A DNA stretch of 64,000 nucleotides. It comes from a virus. Shown here in pieces: positions 41,425-51,010 of this stretch. A model generated the notes under the pieces. It was not told where the DNA came from. It made no database searches and was given only the letters and a program-made list of their open reading frames with translations. The translations under genes were made by a program, and so were the position numbers. Every line of letters begins with the position of its first letter. Position 1 is the stretch's first letter. Location: the IMG/VR virus record IMGVR_UViG_3300040801_002948, positions 1-64,000 of that record, one strand, 5' to 3'.

Positions 41425-41782
41425 ACATGCCGTCAATAAGGTCTTCAATTTCGTCCATAACGCCGGAAAAAGATGGGTTAATGATTGATGTTAAAATCTG
41501 AAGGGCGGCTTCTGCCTTTTCCCGGTCATTGTCCATGACTAGCAAATTAGCCGTCTGAAAAGCCTTTTGCCCGGTCAATATCTTTGAACCCGGCCCGGCC
41601 CTTAATGTGCCGTTAACGTCAACAAAAACGCTTTCATTGTCATCAGTCTGGACAATTGACACAAGCGCTTTAACTTCTTTTCCAGGATAAACCCAAGCGC
41701 CGGCCTTGACCATAGCTTTTGCCAAGTCTTTGTTTTTGGCCCAACTGCCCTGTTGTGTTCGTACTACGAAAATAATTTCCAT
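41423..41782 (-). CDS. hypothetical protein (119 aa)
   Basis: Third gene of a minus-strand operon. Confidence 0.6.
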   Translation of the reverse strand: MEIIFVVRTQQGSWAKNKDLAKAMVKAGAWVYPGKEVKALVSIVQTDDNESVFVDVNGTLRAGPGSKILTGQKAFQTANLLVMDNDREKAEAALQILTSIINPSFSGVMDEIEDLIDGM

Positions 41783-41808
41783 ATCTGCATGGTTTAAATG
41801 TTAAAAAA

Positions 41809-42183
41809 TTAATTTATTGGTTTTATTAAGAACTCTGCAAGCAACTTATCTTTCAAATCGTATGCCTTGAAGAACAAAATTCCGTTCTTTTCTGTATGCA
41901 GGCACAGCCGCACAGTTCGCGGGAAGTCAGGGTTGAAAGCGCGCTGATTTTCCGTGACGTTATAGAACTTGCGCCGGGCGGCACCTGCAAAAGGGCTGTC
42001 AGCGTCAAAACTTTCTTCGCCGTGGTCTTCACCATAAATAAATTCAATACGGGGCGTGCTTATTATTTGGCAATTTTGCGGCATTACGTCAGAAAGCGTT
42101 CCTGTTTCTGATATTACCAAATACCCGGCACCGGTCTTCCTTATGACCTTGTGCCGGGCGTTGTTTATTATCGCTACTAGCAT
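41809..42183 (-). CDS. hypothetical protein (124 aa)
   Basis: Minus strand. Overlaps the upstream gene by 7 nt. Confidence 0.6.
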   Translation of the reverse strand: MLVAIINNARHKVIRKTGAGYLVISETGTLSDVMPQNCQIISTPRIEFIYGEDHGEESFDADSPFAGAARRKFYNVTENQRAFNPDFPRTVRLCLHTEKNGILFFKAYDLKDKLLAEFLIKPIN

Positions 42184-42446
42184 TTTTCAATGTTTACTTC
42201 TTCAATTTCTTCTTCAGTGTTCAGCCAATAGCGGTCATTATTTGCCGCGCATTCGCGCATTTCGGCAAGCGTTGGCCGCGCGAACGTATTATAGGAACGC
42301 TTGAGAATAACCGCTTTGTAGCGGGTGAAATACGTTTCCGGAATTTGGCTGATTGAATCAAACCACTTTGTTTGCGTGGTGGTTTGGTCAATGTTTTCAA
42401 AGCGGATGGCGAAAACTGTTTTTCTGATTGGTGTGCGGTCTGTCAT
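42177..42446 (-). CDS. hypothetical protein (89 aa)
   Basis: ATG directly follows a minus-strand copy of the leader. Confidence 0.6.
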   Translation of the reverse strand: MTDRTPIRKTVFAIRFENIDQTTTQTKWFDSISQIPETYFTRYKAVILKRSYNTFARPTLAEMRECAANNDRYWLNTEEEIEEVNIEKC

Positions 42447-42517
42447 TGTCTGTGTGGTTTTGTTGTTAACGATGGTTCAAAGATAAGACAACCAAGCGAG
42501 AATACCAAATTATTTGG
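42447..42517 (-). promoter_or_regulatory. promoter-leader element, full copy on the minus strand
   Basis: Minus-strand reading: CCAAATAATTTGG, TATCTTTG, AACCATCGTTAACAACAAAACCACACAGACA, ATG (42446). Confidence 0.7.
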
Positions 42518-42525
42518 AATAACAT

Positions 42526-42729
42526 TTAGTTATTGAATAATTGCTTGACAACTGCCTTGGCTGTTTTGCCCGCGCCGGTGCTTTCTTCCCAAGCTTTAAA
42601 GGTCATTCCGGCTTCCTTCATTTCATAGGCTTCTTTAAACAGCTCAATAGTTGATTCAGACAGCAAAAAGGTTTTAGTTGCTTCGCTTGCTGCCTTAAAG
42701 CTTTTTGTGGACTTGATGAAATTTTTCAT
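42526..42729 (-). CDS. hypothetical protein (67 aa)
   Basis: Start at the ATG after the leader. The ORF-track extension to 42834 is a translation of the element. Confidence 0.6.
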   Translation of the reverse strand: MKNFIKSTKSFKAASEATKTFLLSESTIELFKEAYEMKEAGMTFKAWEESTGAGKTAKAVVKQLFNN

Positions 42730-42798
42730 GGTGTGTGGTTTTGTTGCTAACGATGGTTCAAAGATAGGGCAAGCAAACGTAATTACCAAATTATTTGG
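42730..42798 (-). promoter_or_regulatory. promoter-leader element, full copy on the minus strand
   Basis: Minus-strand reading: CCAAATAATTTGG, TATCTTTG, AACCATCGTTAGCAACAAAACCACACACC, ATG (42729). Confidence 0.7.
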
Positions 42799-42821
42799 CA
42801 AAAAGATTGCAATTATTTTTG
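42794..42821 (+). promoter_or_regulatory. candidate divergent + strand promoter sharing the palindrome
   Basis: TTTG at 42794-42797 (right arm of the same palindrome), N16, TATTTTTG at 42814-42821 (matches TAnnTTTG). Lies upstream of the tail block that starts at 42903. The spacer is shorter than in the other copies. Confidence 0.35.
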
Positions 42822-42902
42822 CATTGCCGCGCATGGCGTTGATTTTGCAAGTGTTTCAAAGCCTTGTGGGTTTATGTTATTTTGGGCCAAAAGGGCCTAA
42901 AT

Positions 42903-43613
42903 ATGAATCTATTTGAAGACGCTTTAAAGCGTGTTGTAATGTTTGCGCCTTATGGGCCTGACAGGTTGAATTGTTTTTCTAAGGTCACAACGTTTTCTGA
43001 ATTTTCTGAAAACTGCTTTGGCGCTACTTATGAAGACTATGTGAACGGTGATTACTATGCGCGCGAATGGGTAGGCGCGGGCGCAAGCCGTGAAAACATG
43101 CGCACGGAATTTAACGCGCTGACCATATACGAACAACACCGGGGCGGGGGCCCTTTCGCGTCTTACATAGTGAACATTCTTGCGCCGGTGGCTTACTCTG
43201 ATGACGCGACAAACCACGGCAAGCCACGGACAAAAAGAACGGCTTCAAGGTCTTGTTTTGCCAATGCCCAATATGTTCTTCAGCAGCTTTCTAAATACTA
43301 CCTTTTTGAATTTATAGACGGCACCGGGAATGAATATTCAGCGTATTGTTCAGAGCAATACGCGGCTTGGCTTTTATCTTCCCAAGGCTATCAGCAGGCG
43401 CGGAATACAGCGCGCAAGCTTGATGCTTCAATAATGGGCTTTAAAGACATCAAGATAACGGCGAACACGTTTGATGAAATTGGCATTGTTGACGTAATGG
43501 GCTGCTTTATGGAATTCAGGGTGAAGAACTGCTTTGACATTGAAGCTGAAGAACAGTTCTTCAATGAAGGCGAACTGAAGGTAAATGTGACAAATTATGG
43601 CGGCTACAGGTAA
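42903..43613 (+). CDS. structural-module protein (236 aa), function unknown
   Basis: First ATG of the ORF; the ORF-track start is a TTG. Sits two genes upstream of the tape measure. Confidence 0.5.
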   Translation: MNLFEDALKRVVMFAPYGPDRLNCFSKVTTFSEFSENCFGATYEDYVNGDYYAREWVGAGASRENMRTEFNALTIYEQHRGGGPFASYIVNILAPVAYSDDATNHGKPRTKRTASRSCFANAQYVLQQLSKYYLFEFIDGTGNEYSAYCSEQYAAWLLSSQGYQQARNTARKLDASIMGFKDIKITANTFDEIGIVDVMGCFMEFRVKNCFDIEAEEQFFNEGELKVNVTNYGGYR

Positions 43614-44079
43614 AATAATTGTCCGGCTAATGCTTCAGCATTTGGTTGACGGGGCAAAAGAAGAACTCACAGAACAGGGCCATGTAGCATCAGGCGCGGG
43701 CCTGAAATCGCTTGAAGCAAAAATTCAGGTGACGCCAACGGGATTTTTGGGGCTTGTGCTTGTGGAAAAATACGTTCTTGACCTTGACCAAAGGCAGCGG
43801 CCAAAGGTGGTGCCTATAGGCGATTTGCTAAAGTGGGCAAGCAATGTTGGCAACTTCACAACAGCGGGCAATAAGCTTGCCTTTGCGCGGCGCGTTCAGT
43901 TCAGCATTGCGCGCTTTGGCGTGCCAACGCCGGGCAGTTTTCTTTTCACTAACAATGGCCGGCGAACTGAATGGGTGAAATATGGGGCTTTGCGCGTGGA
44001 AAAACGGCTTGACAGGTTAATTGATGACCCTGATTTTGTGCGGTCAATACTGGATGACGCTATAAGACAAAGGCCTTAA
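43597..44079 (+). CDS. structural-module protein (160 aa), tail-assembly position
   Basis: Immediately upstream of the tape measure. Call is by position only. Confidence 0.45.
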   Translation: MAATGKIIVRLMLQHLVDGAKEELTEQGHVASGAGLKSLEAKIQVTPTGFLGLVLVEKYVLDLDQRQRPKVVPIGDLLKWASNVGNFTTAGNKLAFARRVQFSIARFGVPTPGSFLFTNNGRRTEWVKYGALRVEKRLDRLIDDPDFVRSILDDAIRQRP

Positions 44080-44091
44080 AAAAAAGTACAG

Positions 44092-47000
44092 ATGGCAAAG
44101 GTAATTGCATACGAATTAAGGATAAACGGAATAGACGTTTCCATTAAAAATGGCAATCAGCTAAAGGAAGCAATAAAGCTTTTGAACCGTGAACTGAACC
44201 GCACAGAAGACGCGGCCAAATTCCGTGAAATCCAAAAAGACCTTGGTGCTTTAAAGCAGATACAAAAAGAAGTTAGGGACGAAACCCGAAAGCAAGGGCG
44301 CGCATTTGAAGAAGCTGGAAAAAAAGGCACAGGCAGCTACAGAGAATTACAGCTTCAAATGTCAAGGCTAAAGAAGGAATTCAAAGAGCTTTCAGCAGCA
44401 GAAAGGCAGGGCGATGTAGGGCAGCGGCTTCAGAAAAACATTGCCGGGCTATCAGGGCAGCTAAAGCGCATTGACAAAGACCTTGGCGATAATTTTAGAA
44501 ATGTTGGTAACTATCAGTCAGCGTTGGGCGGCGCTTTCGGTTCACTTAAAGCGGGATTGCTTGCAGCCGGTATTTCTATAGGGCTTCAGCAAATCAATGA
44601 AGCGCTTGTGGCATCTATCCGGCTTTTTGCTGACTTTACTAATCAAATTGCAACGCTTCAGGCAATCAGTGGCGCTTCCGGCGATGAAATTGAATTTCTG
44701 GAAGGGCGGGCGCGGGCCCTTGGTGAAACAACACAATTCACAGCTTCGCAAGTGGCACAGCTTCAGACTAACTTTGCGCGTGTGGGCTTTAACACAAGCG
44801 AAATTGACGCGGCAACAGAATCAACGCTTGACTTGGCGCTTGCCACCGGTGAAGACCTTGCTGAAAGCGCTGATGTGGTAGCTTCAACGCTTGGCGGCTA
44901 CCAACTAGCAGCGCGGGAAACCAAGCGTGTCAATGATGTTCTTGCGGCTTCCTTCAATAGTACGGCCCTTCAGCTTGAAACGTTTTCTGAATCGTCAAAG
45001 CTTGTGGCACCAATTGCCGCTACGCTTGGCATTACAATAGAGCAAAGCACGGCATCAATAGGCGCGCTGGCTGACGCTGGCTTGCGTGGTACTGTTTCAG
45101 GTACAGCGCTAAGAAGGGTGTTCACTGAACTTGGCACGGAAGGCAGCAAGCTTTCAGAACGGCTTGGCCTTGTGGTCAACGATTCAGAAAGCTTTGAACA
45201 GGCTTTAACAAAGCTTGGGGAAGAAACAATTACTGTTTCAGAAGCTACAGAATTGGTGGGCAGGAATGCGGCTTCAGCCTTTGTTGTCTTTGCCGCGTCA
45301 GCGCCAAAAATTCAAGAACTTACAGCAGCTTTTAACGATGCTTCAGAAGCGGTTGACCAATACGGCAACAAAGTAGGCGCGGCGGCGGCGGCTTCAGCCA
45401 TTATTGAAGACACGCTGACCGGTGACATTAATAAATTCCAGTCAGCGCTTGAAGGCTTTCAGCTTTTCTTTGTAGACTTATTTGACGATCAGCTAAGAAG
45501 CGCTATTCAGGGGACCACAAGCCTTTTCAGGCCTTTACAGACAGCCACAGCAGCACTGTTTGAATTATTTGCGCCCTTGGTTCAAGAAATACGGCGCTTG
45601 GGGCGGAACATTGGGATAGTAGGCGGGGAAGTGGGGCTGTTTGAAGGCCTTGCCCGGTTTTTGGTGGGCACGCTTGGCTTATTGGTCAATGTGGTCACAA
45701 GTGTAATACGCGGGTATAATGTGCTGTCTGAAGCGATTCAGGAAACGGCGGCTTCCGGTGAAGGCTTTATCAGCGGCTTTCTTCAAGGTGTTATTGATGC
45801 TTTTGGCGTTATCATTGACCTTGCATCAAAGGTGCCCGGCTTCCTTAGTGGCGTGGTAACGTCTTTTGCTGACTTCCGGGACAGCTTTTTGACCGGCGAT
45901 GACTTTAACCTTGCAGAAAGCTTTGAACGTGGCAGGAAAGCCGCTGAAGACTTTTTTGCAGCGGGCAAGGAAAAGGAACAAGACATTTTGCAGCCGCTTC
46001 AGCTTACGGAAGAACAGCTTTTAAAGCTTGACGAACTTTACCGGCGGCTTTCAGAAACAACAGGGCTTTCATTAAACCAAATACGCGGGATTGGTGAAGA
46101 AGTAGTAAAGAACGCTGAAACCTATGAAGGGGCCCTTGGCGATATTCAGACCCGCGTTTTGAAGCTTTTCACCGATCAACAAACAGCAGCGGCGGCCCGT
46201 GGTGGTGACGGGGCCGGCGGTGACAGCGGCGGCGGCGCGGCGGCGGGGCCTGCTGGCAGTATTAAAGCCCTTCAGGAACAGGTTGCACAGCTAAAGCAGG
46301 AACTTGACGTGCAAACCACGGAAAGCGGCATTCAGCGCGTAATTGAACAGCTTATTGAAAAGCAGTCAGAACTTGAAGACCTTCAGCGGACGGTTGAAAC
46401 CATCCGGAATGTGGCTGAAGAAGCGGTTGTTGATTTTGATGGGGCCAATGTTGGGGCTGATGTTCAAATTGAAGATGTAGGCGGGGAATCAGATCAAGAA
46501 TACATTCAGCGGCAGCAAGAAATAATTGACGCGCGGGCGCAAGCAGCAATTCAGGCGCTTCAATCGGAAGAACTATCTTTCCAAGAATATGAAAACAGAA
46601 AGACAGAAATTTTGCGCGAAGCAGAAATGGAACGGCTTGAACTTCAGCTTGCCTTTGCGCAGGAAGGCACGGCGGAATATCTGGCTATTAAGAACAAAAT
46701 GTATGAGCTTGAAACACAGCGCGCAAGGGAAGCAAAGCAGAACCAAGAAGAAGTTGAAGAACAGTTTTATGAAGAAATAAAACAGCTTGGCTTTCAGTTT
46801 TTGCAAGACACTTTAAACAATCAATTTCAAGGCCAATTAAATGCGATTGAAGAACGGAAGAACAAGCAAATTGAAGCGCTTGAAGAAGAACAGCGGCGGC
46901 GCTTAGAGCTTGCCGAAGAAGGGAGCCTTGAGGAAGAAAGGCTTTTAAGGGAATTTGAACAGCAGCGGCAAGAAATTGAACTTGAAGCGGCAAGGAAAAG

Positions 47001-47640
47001 CAAAGAGATTCAAGTCAAGCAGGCAATTGCCAACACGGCGCTTGCCATTGGTAATGCGCTGGCAACAGTAAAACCATTTGCGCCCAATGCGATTGCAGCG
47101 GCCGCAATTGCAGCCGTTCAGGGCGCTATTCAGGTGGCAACAATACAAAGCCAGACTTTTGCAAAGGGTGGGCGCATAAAGGGCCCGGCGCACAGTCAAG
47201 GCGGTGTTCCTGCTGTTGTCCGCTCAACAGGCCAACGTGTTGAGCTTGAAGGCGAAGAAGGCGTAATAAATAAACGTTCAATGCGGTCTTCAAAAGTTGT
47301 CACTGTCACCGGGCGGCCGGCTGAGATTGCAAGCGCAATTAATGCAATGGACAATAACGGTGTGCCCTTTTCGGGCATCCCCAAAGCCCGGCTTCGCTAT
47401 AAATTCCAGACGGGCGGCGTAATACCTTCCGCCACACAACTGAACCTTGCTTCAGGCGGGCAAAATGCACAAGGTTCTTCTTTTGTTGTATCTTTAGAAC
47501 CTGAAGCGCTTGAAGGGCTAAGGATGGCCGTATATGACGGCAGCCGGGGCGGAGCCAAAGACGGCAGCCGTGAAGGCATCAGCGATAGTGCAAAATCTAA
47601 AGCGCGGCAAGACCTGTTGAATAAAAGGACAAATTTATAA
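44092..47640 (+). CDS. tail tape measure protein
   Basis: 1182 aa, mostly helical/coiled-coil. Hydrophobic central segments, a Gly-rich patch (GGDGAGGDSGGGAAAG) and a long E/Q/R-rich coiled-coil. Typical size and position. Confidence 0.8.
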   Translation: MAKVIAYELRINGIDVSIKNGNQLKEAIKLLNRELNRTEDAAKFREIQKDLGALKQIQKEVRDETRKQGRAFEEAGKKGTGSYRELQLQMSRLKKEFKELSAAERQGDVGQRLQKNIAGLSGQLKRIDKDLGDNFRNVGNYQSALGGAFGSLKAGLLAAGISIGLQQINEALVASIRLFADFTNQIATLQAISGASGDEIEFLEGRARALGETTQFTASQVAQLQTNFARVGFNTSEIDAATESTLDLALATGEDLAESADVVASTLGGYQLAARETKRVNDVLAASFNSTALQLETFSESSKLVAPIAATLGITIEQSTASIGALADAGLRGTVSGTALRRVFTELGTEGSKLSERLGLVVNDSESFEQALTKLGEETITVSEATELVGRNAASAFVVFAASAPKIQELTAAFNDASEAVDQYGNKVGAAAAASAIIEDTLTGDINKFQSALEGFQLFFVDLFDDQLRSAIQGTTSLFRPLQTATAALFELFAPLVQEIRRLGRNIGIVGGEVGLFEGLARFLVGTLGLLVNVVTSVIRGYNVLSEAIQETAASGEGFISGFLQGVIDAFGVIIDLASKVPGFLSGVVTSFADFRDSFLTGDDFNLAESFERGRKAAEDFFAAGKEKEQDILQPLQLTEEQLLKLDELYRRLSETTGLSLNQIRGIGEEVVKNAETYEGALGDIQTRVLKLFTDQQTAAAARGGDGAGGDSGGGAAAGPAGSIKALQEQVAQLKQELDVQTTESGIQRVIEQLIEKQSELEDLQRTVETIRNVAEEAVVDFDGANVGADVQIEDVGGESDQEYIQRQQEIIDARAQAAIQALQSEELSFQEYENRKTEILREAEMERLELQLAFAQEGTAEYLAIKNKMYELETQRAREAKQNQEEVEEQFYEEIKQLGFQFLQDTLNNQFQGQLNAIEERKNKQIEALEEEQRRRLELAEEGSLEEERLLREFEQQRQEIELEAARKSKEIQVKQAIANTALAIGNALATVKPFAPNAIAAAAIAAVQGAIQVATIQSQTFAKGGRIKGPAHSQGGVPAVVRSTGQRVELEGEEGVINKRSMRSSKVVTVTGRPAEIASAINAMDNNGVPFSGIPKARLRYKFQTGGVIPSATQLNLASGGQNAQGSSFVVSLEPEALEGLRMAVYDGSRGGAKDGSREGISDSAKSKARQDLLNKRTNL

Positions 47641-47642
47641 AG

Positions 47643-48821
47643 ATGGCTGTTACACTTGTTTCTTCGCCTGATAGTGTTGTTACCCGTTTGCCAAAGGTTG
47701 AATGGGTTTTGCGGCTTGCCAATTCCGGAACATACCCTAACGAACGGTATATGTTTTACCGGCTTGAAATAGTGGGAACTGGTTTCTTGCAGGCGGCGCG
47801 CAATGTTATCACGGCGGCGGGCATAAATATACCTTTGGATTTTTCAGATATATTGAAGCCCTATCTTTCTATTCCTTTTCCGGGGCTTTCCGGGGCAAGC
47901 TATCAGACAATAAATTCGTCAACGGTTGATATTAGGCTTGAGTACGGCGAATATCAGTTCAACGTTGAAACCCAAGCCCGGACAACAGTAAGTACTTCAC
48001 AGTCAAGCACGGTAAAAGTCATTGACGGTTCAAGGCAGTTTTTTGACGATACAATTAACCCTTCAAATGACCATGTAGTTTTAAGCCGCCGGCCGGCGCA
48101 AAAAAGCATAGGCCTGAATCAACATGACTGGCTTTATGTTTTGGTTTCTACAGGCCAAGTGTGTATTGTGACAGTAAGTATTTATGACGCGGCGGGCGGG
48201 CTTTTGGGCACGCATGGCCAAGCGATGTTTCAGGGCCAAATTGGGTATGTGCCTATAGGCGGGGCCAACATGATAACGCAAGCAGCGTCAGCAGCGGGCC
48301 CCAAGGAAGATTGGGCTTATGCCATTGTGTCTTTGACAAACCTTGTGAATTGGTCAAGGACTGAATTTAGGGTTGATTTTGACCGGTCAGAATGCAATGA
48401 ACAACCGGCTGAAATACTGTTTCAAGAACCTATTGGCGGGTTTACTTCAATTGGTTTTGACAGCGTTGACTTTGCCGTTCAAAGGCAGGCTTCAATTGCT
48501 GTTTCAAAATACCAGCACAGTGCAAGCCTTTCTGATAATATCGCTGAAGGCAGCGGCGGGCGTTCTGTGGCATCTTTGCGCGGCCCGGAAGTGTTGACCT
48601 TCAGGCGGGCGTTTGATGCGCGCACAGCGCGGGAAATGCGGGGCCTTATTCGTTCGTTAGCGGCAAGTAAGCGCCACTTTGTTAAGTATGAATTGCCCAA
48701 CGGCAATATTGAAGCCATACCGGCTATATTAGAAAGCTCTAATATTTCAAGTTATACAGATGGCGAAGATTTTGAACTTGAAGTGCAATTGACAATATTC
48801 AAAGACTTAATCAGCGCTTAA
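47643..48821 (+). CDS. tail protein (distal-tail-protein position)
   Basis: 392 aa, directly after the tape measure. Call is by position only. Confidence 0.4.
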   Translation: MAVTLVSSPDSVVTRLPKVEWVLRLANSGTYPNERYMFYRLEIVGTGFLQAARNVITAAGINIPLDFSDILKPYLSIPFPGLSGASYQTINSSTVDIRLEYGEYQFNVETQARTTVSTSQSSTVKVIDGSRQFFDDTINPSNDHVVLSRRPAQKSIGLNQHDWLYVLVSTGQVCIVTVSIYDAAGGLLGTHGQAMFQGQIGYVPIGGANMITQAASAAGPKEDWAYAIVSLTNLVNWSRTEFRVDFDRSECNEQPAEILFQEPIGGFTSIGFDSVDFAVQRQASIAVSKYQHSASLSDNIAEGSGGRSVASLRGPEVLTFRRAFDARTAREMRGLIRSLAASKRHFVKYELPNGNIEAIPAILESSNISSYTDGEDFELEVQLTIFKDLISA

Positions 48822-51010
48822 TGAAAGATTATATCCAATTGCTTACAGTGCCTTCAAATGCGCCTTCAAATTTTCTTGAGAATGGGCAGCTTTTTTTGGA
48901 CACGGCTGAAGGGTTTTCTTTTTCAATAACAGAAAACGCGGCGCAACTTACGCAAGCCAATGACTTAAAAGGCGATGGGCTGCTTTCAATTGGCTTGCCA
49001 AAAACACCAAAAAACCTTTTTGTATTTAACAAGTATTTAAGCCCAAATCAAGCAAGCGCGGTTTTTGACCCTTTGGAGGTTGTTTGCATTACCGGCGGCA
49101 TGAAAGTTTTGCCGCAAAACCTTTGTTTTTTCAAGTCCGCTTCAGATGAAACAGAAGGGCTTGGTTCGATAGAAATAGAATTGCTGCCCGGCAATGAATA
49201 TTGGGTTTCTAAGGCAAAGAATTTATACTTGAATCAAATCGACCTTGGAAGCTTTCAGGTGACGGTGAACAGCATCTTGAACAACTGGAATGAAGACGGG
49301 CTTTATATTGACGCGAACGAAAACAATAGTGTTTGGCCTGTCATCAATTACGGGCGTTTCATGAGGCCCCAAGATGACTTTTACGGCATAATGATTGAAG
49401 ATTTGCGCCCGTTGATATCAATGCACGGGCTTTTAAAGCAGGGCTTCAAAGCCATTGGCTATAAATTCCAAAGCCCGCTGACCGGGGCTGAATGGTTCAA
49501 TCGTCTTTGGGTTTATGAACTGGCTGAAAAATTGGACTATGAAGACCGGGGCGTTGAATTCCAAGGCTACACAAGAAATCTTTCTTCGCAAGCGGCGGGC
49601 GGGCAGTTTATCTTTGGCCCGCATGTGCCGCTAAATTTCCCTGACAGGATAAATGACCCTTCAGACGGCTTTTCACAACAGGACGTTGAAACGGTGCCGC
49701 AAGTTGGTTCTTATGAAGCTACAATGTGGCAATACACACGGCCCGGCAATTCAGACTTCAGGAGCGTGCTAACTTTCCGGGTCAGCAGTAGCCTTTTTGG
49801 CGCTTATGATACTTTTTTTGATGTAGCACTGTATTCTTACCCTGACCAAGAAAGGCTGGACATTGAACCAAATATTGAAATTCCACAAGGCGCAAATTTT
49901 GCTGACGTTGAAGTTGTCTTCAATTTCAATGTTGAATTTGGGCAAAGGGTATATTTGGCCATTGAGGCCGTTCATGGGTCAATAACCGGGCTAAATATTA
50001 CGCTTGACATTCTTGCCGGTGCTGAATGGCAACTTTCCCCTGAATCAGACCAAATCTATCCGGGCGACACGGTTCCAACGGGGCAATTGCTTCACCCTGA
50101 ACGCACTTTCTTTGAATTCCTGAAAGGTTGTGCGCATTTGTTCTTTGGCAAGATTGAAGAAGACCGGGAAGCGCGGACAATTACGATTTTTCCGCCGGAG
50201 CGCACAAGGGTTTTTGAAGATGAAATTGAAGGGTTTTTCCTAAGCAGAGACAATTTTAAAGATTTGTCTGAATACATAGTTGACGGCAGCGAAGAAATAC
50301 AGATTGAAGATGAAGAAACAGCGCGCTTTGTGCGGCTTTCTTTTGCTGATTCAGACTGTGGTTTCATAAATGCTGAAGAACTGGAAGATGAAGCGCCGCT
50401 TTATTCGCGATTGGTTGACCTTGGTGAAGGTGAAGACCGTATTGAACGCTATGAAAACCCACACTTTGAACCTACTGCAAATATAGACTTTTACCGCCGG
50501 TCAATTCCGGCAATGTGGGAAGAAACAAAGCCTGAAGCGCCGGGCCTGAAAATTGGGCCACGCGTGCTTTATTGTGTTGGCAATGTTGACATGAAAATTG
50601 GCGCAACTACAGTTGAAGAAAGTTCAGCTTGGGTTTTTGAAACCTATGAATTGAAAAAAATACTTTATTTTGGGCAGGAACCAAGGCGGCCTTACCTTGA
50701 CGGCGGGGCAACTGTTGTTTCTGATAAAAGCGTTGTTTACCAAGCGACTGAAGAAAATGAACTTGACCTTTTCAAAATGTTCTGGAAGTTCAAAGTTTGG
50801 CAATTGAACTATTCAAAAAACTACATTTATACAGCGGTTTTGCCTTTTGAAGTTTTTGATTCAATTAGCTTTAGGCAGCTTGTTTTTGTGGCATACAGGC
50901 AAACAGTTCTTGCCGGTTCTTTGCAGTCCAAAGAAAACTATGAACCGGCAAACGATATGGCCGCACAGATTACAATAAAACCGGATGCACGGCCTTTTGA
51001 AGGATTTTGA
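48821..51010 (+). CDS. tail tip / baseplate hub protein (Tal position)
   Basis: 729 aa, second gene after the tape measure, TAATG junction. Call is by position only. Confidence 0.4.
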   Translation: MKDYIQLLTVPSNAPSNFLENGQLFLDTAEGFSFSITENAAQLTQANDLKGDGLLSIGLPKTPKNLFVFNKYLSPNQASAVFDPLEVVCITGGMKVLPQNLCFFKSASDETEGLGSIEIELLPGNEYWVSKAKNLYLNQIDLGSFQVTVNSILNNWNEDGLYIDANENNSVWPVINYGRFMRPQDDFYGIMIEDLRPLISMHGLLKQGFKAIGYKFQSPLTGAEWFNRLWVYELAEKLDYEDRGVEFQGYTRNLSSQAAGGQFIFGPHVPLNFPDRINDPSDGFSQQDVETVPQVGSYEATMWQYTRPGNSDFRSVLTFRVSSSLFGAYDTFFDVALYSYPDQERLDIEPNIEIPQGANFADVEVVFNFNVEFGQRVYLAIEAVHGSITGLNITLDILAGAEWQLSPESDQIYPGDTVPTGQLLHPERTFFEFLKGCAHLFFGKIEEDREARTITIFPPERTRVFEDEIEGFFLSRDNFKDLSEYIVDGSEEIQIEDEETARFVRLSFADSDCGFINAEELEDEAPLYSRLVDLGEGEDRIERYENPHFEPTANIDFYRRSIPAMWEETKPEAPGLKIGPRVLYCVGNVDMKIGATTVEESSAWVFETYELKKILYFGQEPRRPYLDGGATVVSDKSVVYQATEENELDLFKMFWKFKVWQLNYSKNYIYTAVLPFEVFDSISFRQLVFVAYRQTVLAGSLQSKENYEPANDMAAQITIKPDARPFEGF

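Noticed and set aside
43597-43613. The 17-nt overlap of the two ORFs upstream of the tape measure could indicate a programmed -1 frameshift (G/GT-type chaperone).
   Set aside because: No XXXYYYZ slippery heptamer lies in the overlap, and the downstream ORF has its own ATG. The upstream ORF (236 aa) is also large for a chaperone. This cannot be excluded without proteomics.
45341-45349. TTAACGATG inside the tape-measure gene matches 9 nt of the anti-leader sequence.
   Set aside because: The match is only 9 nt, lies within coding sequence and has no adjacent terminator. It is compatible with chance.
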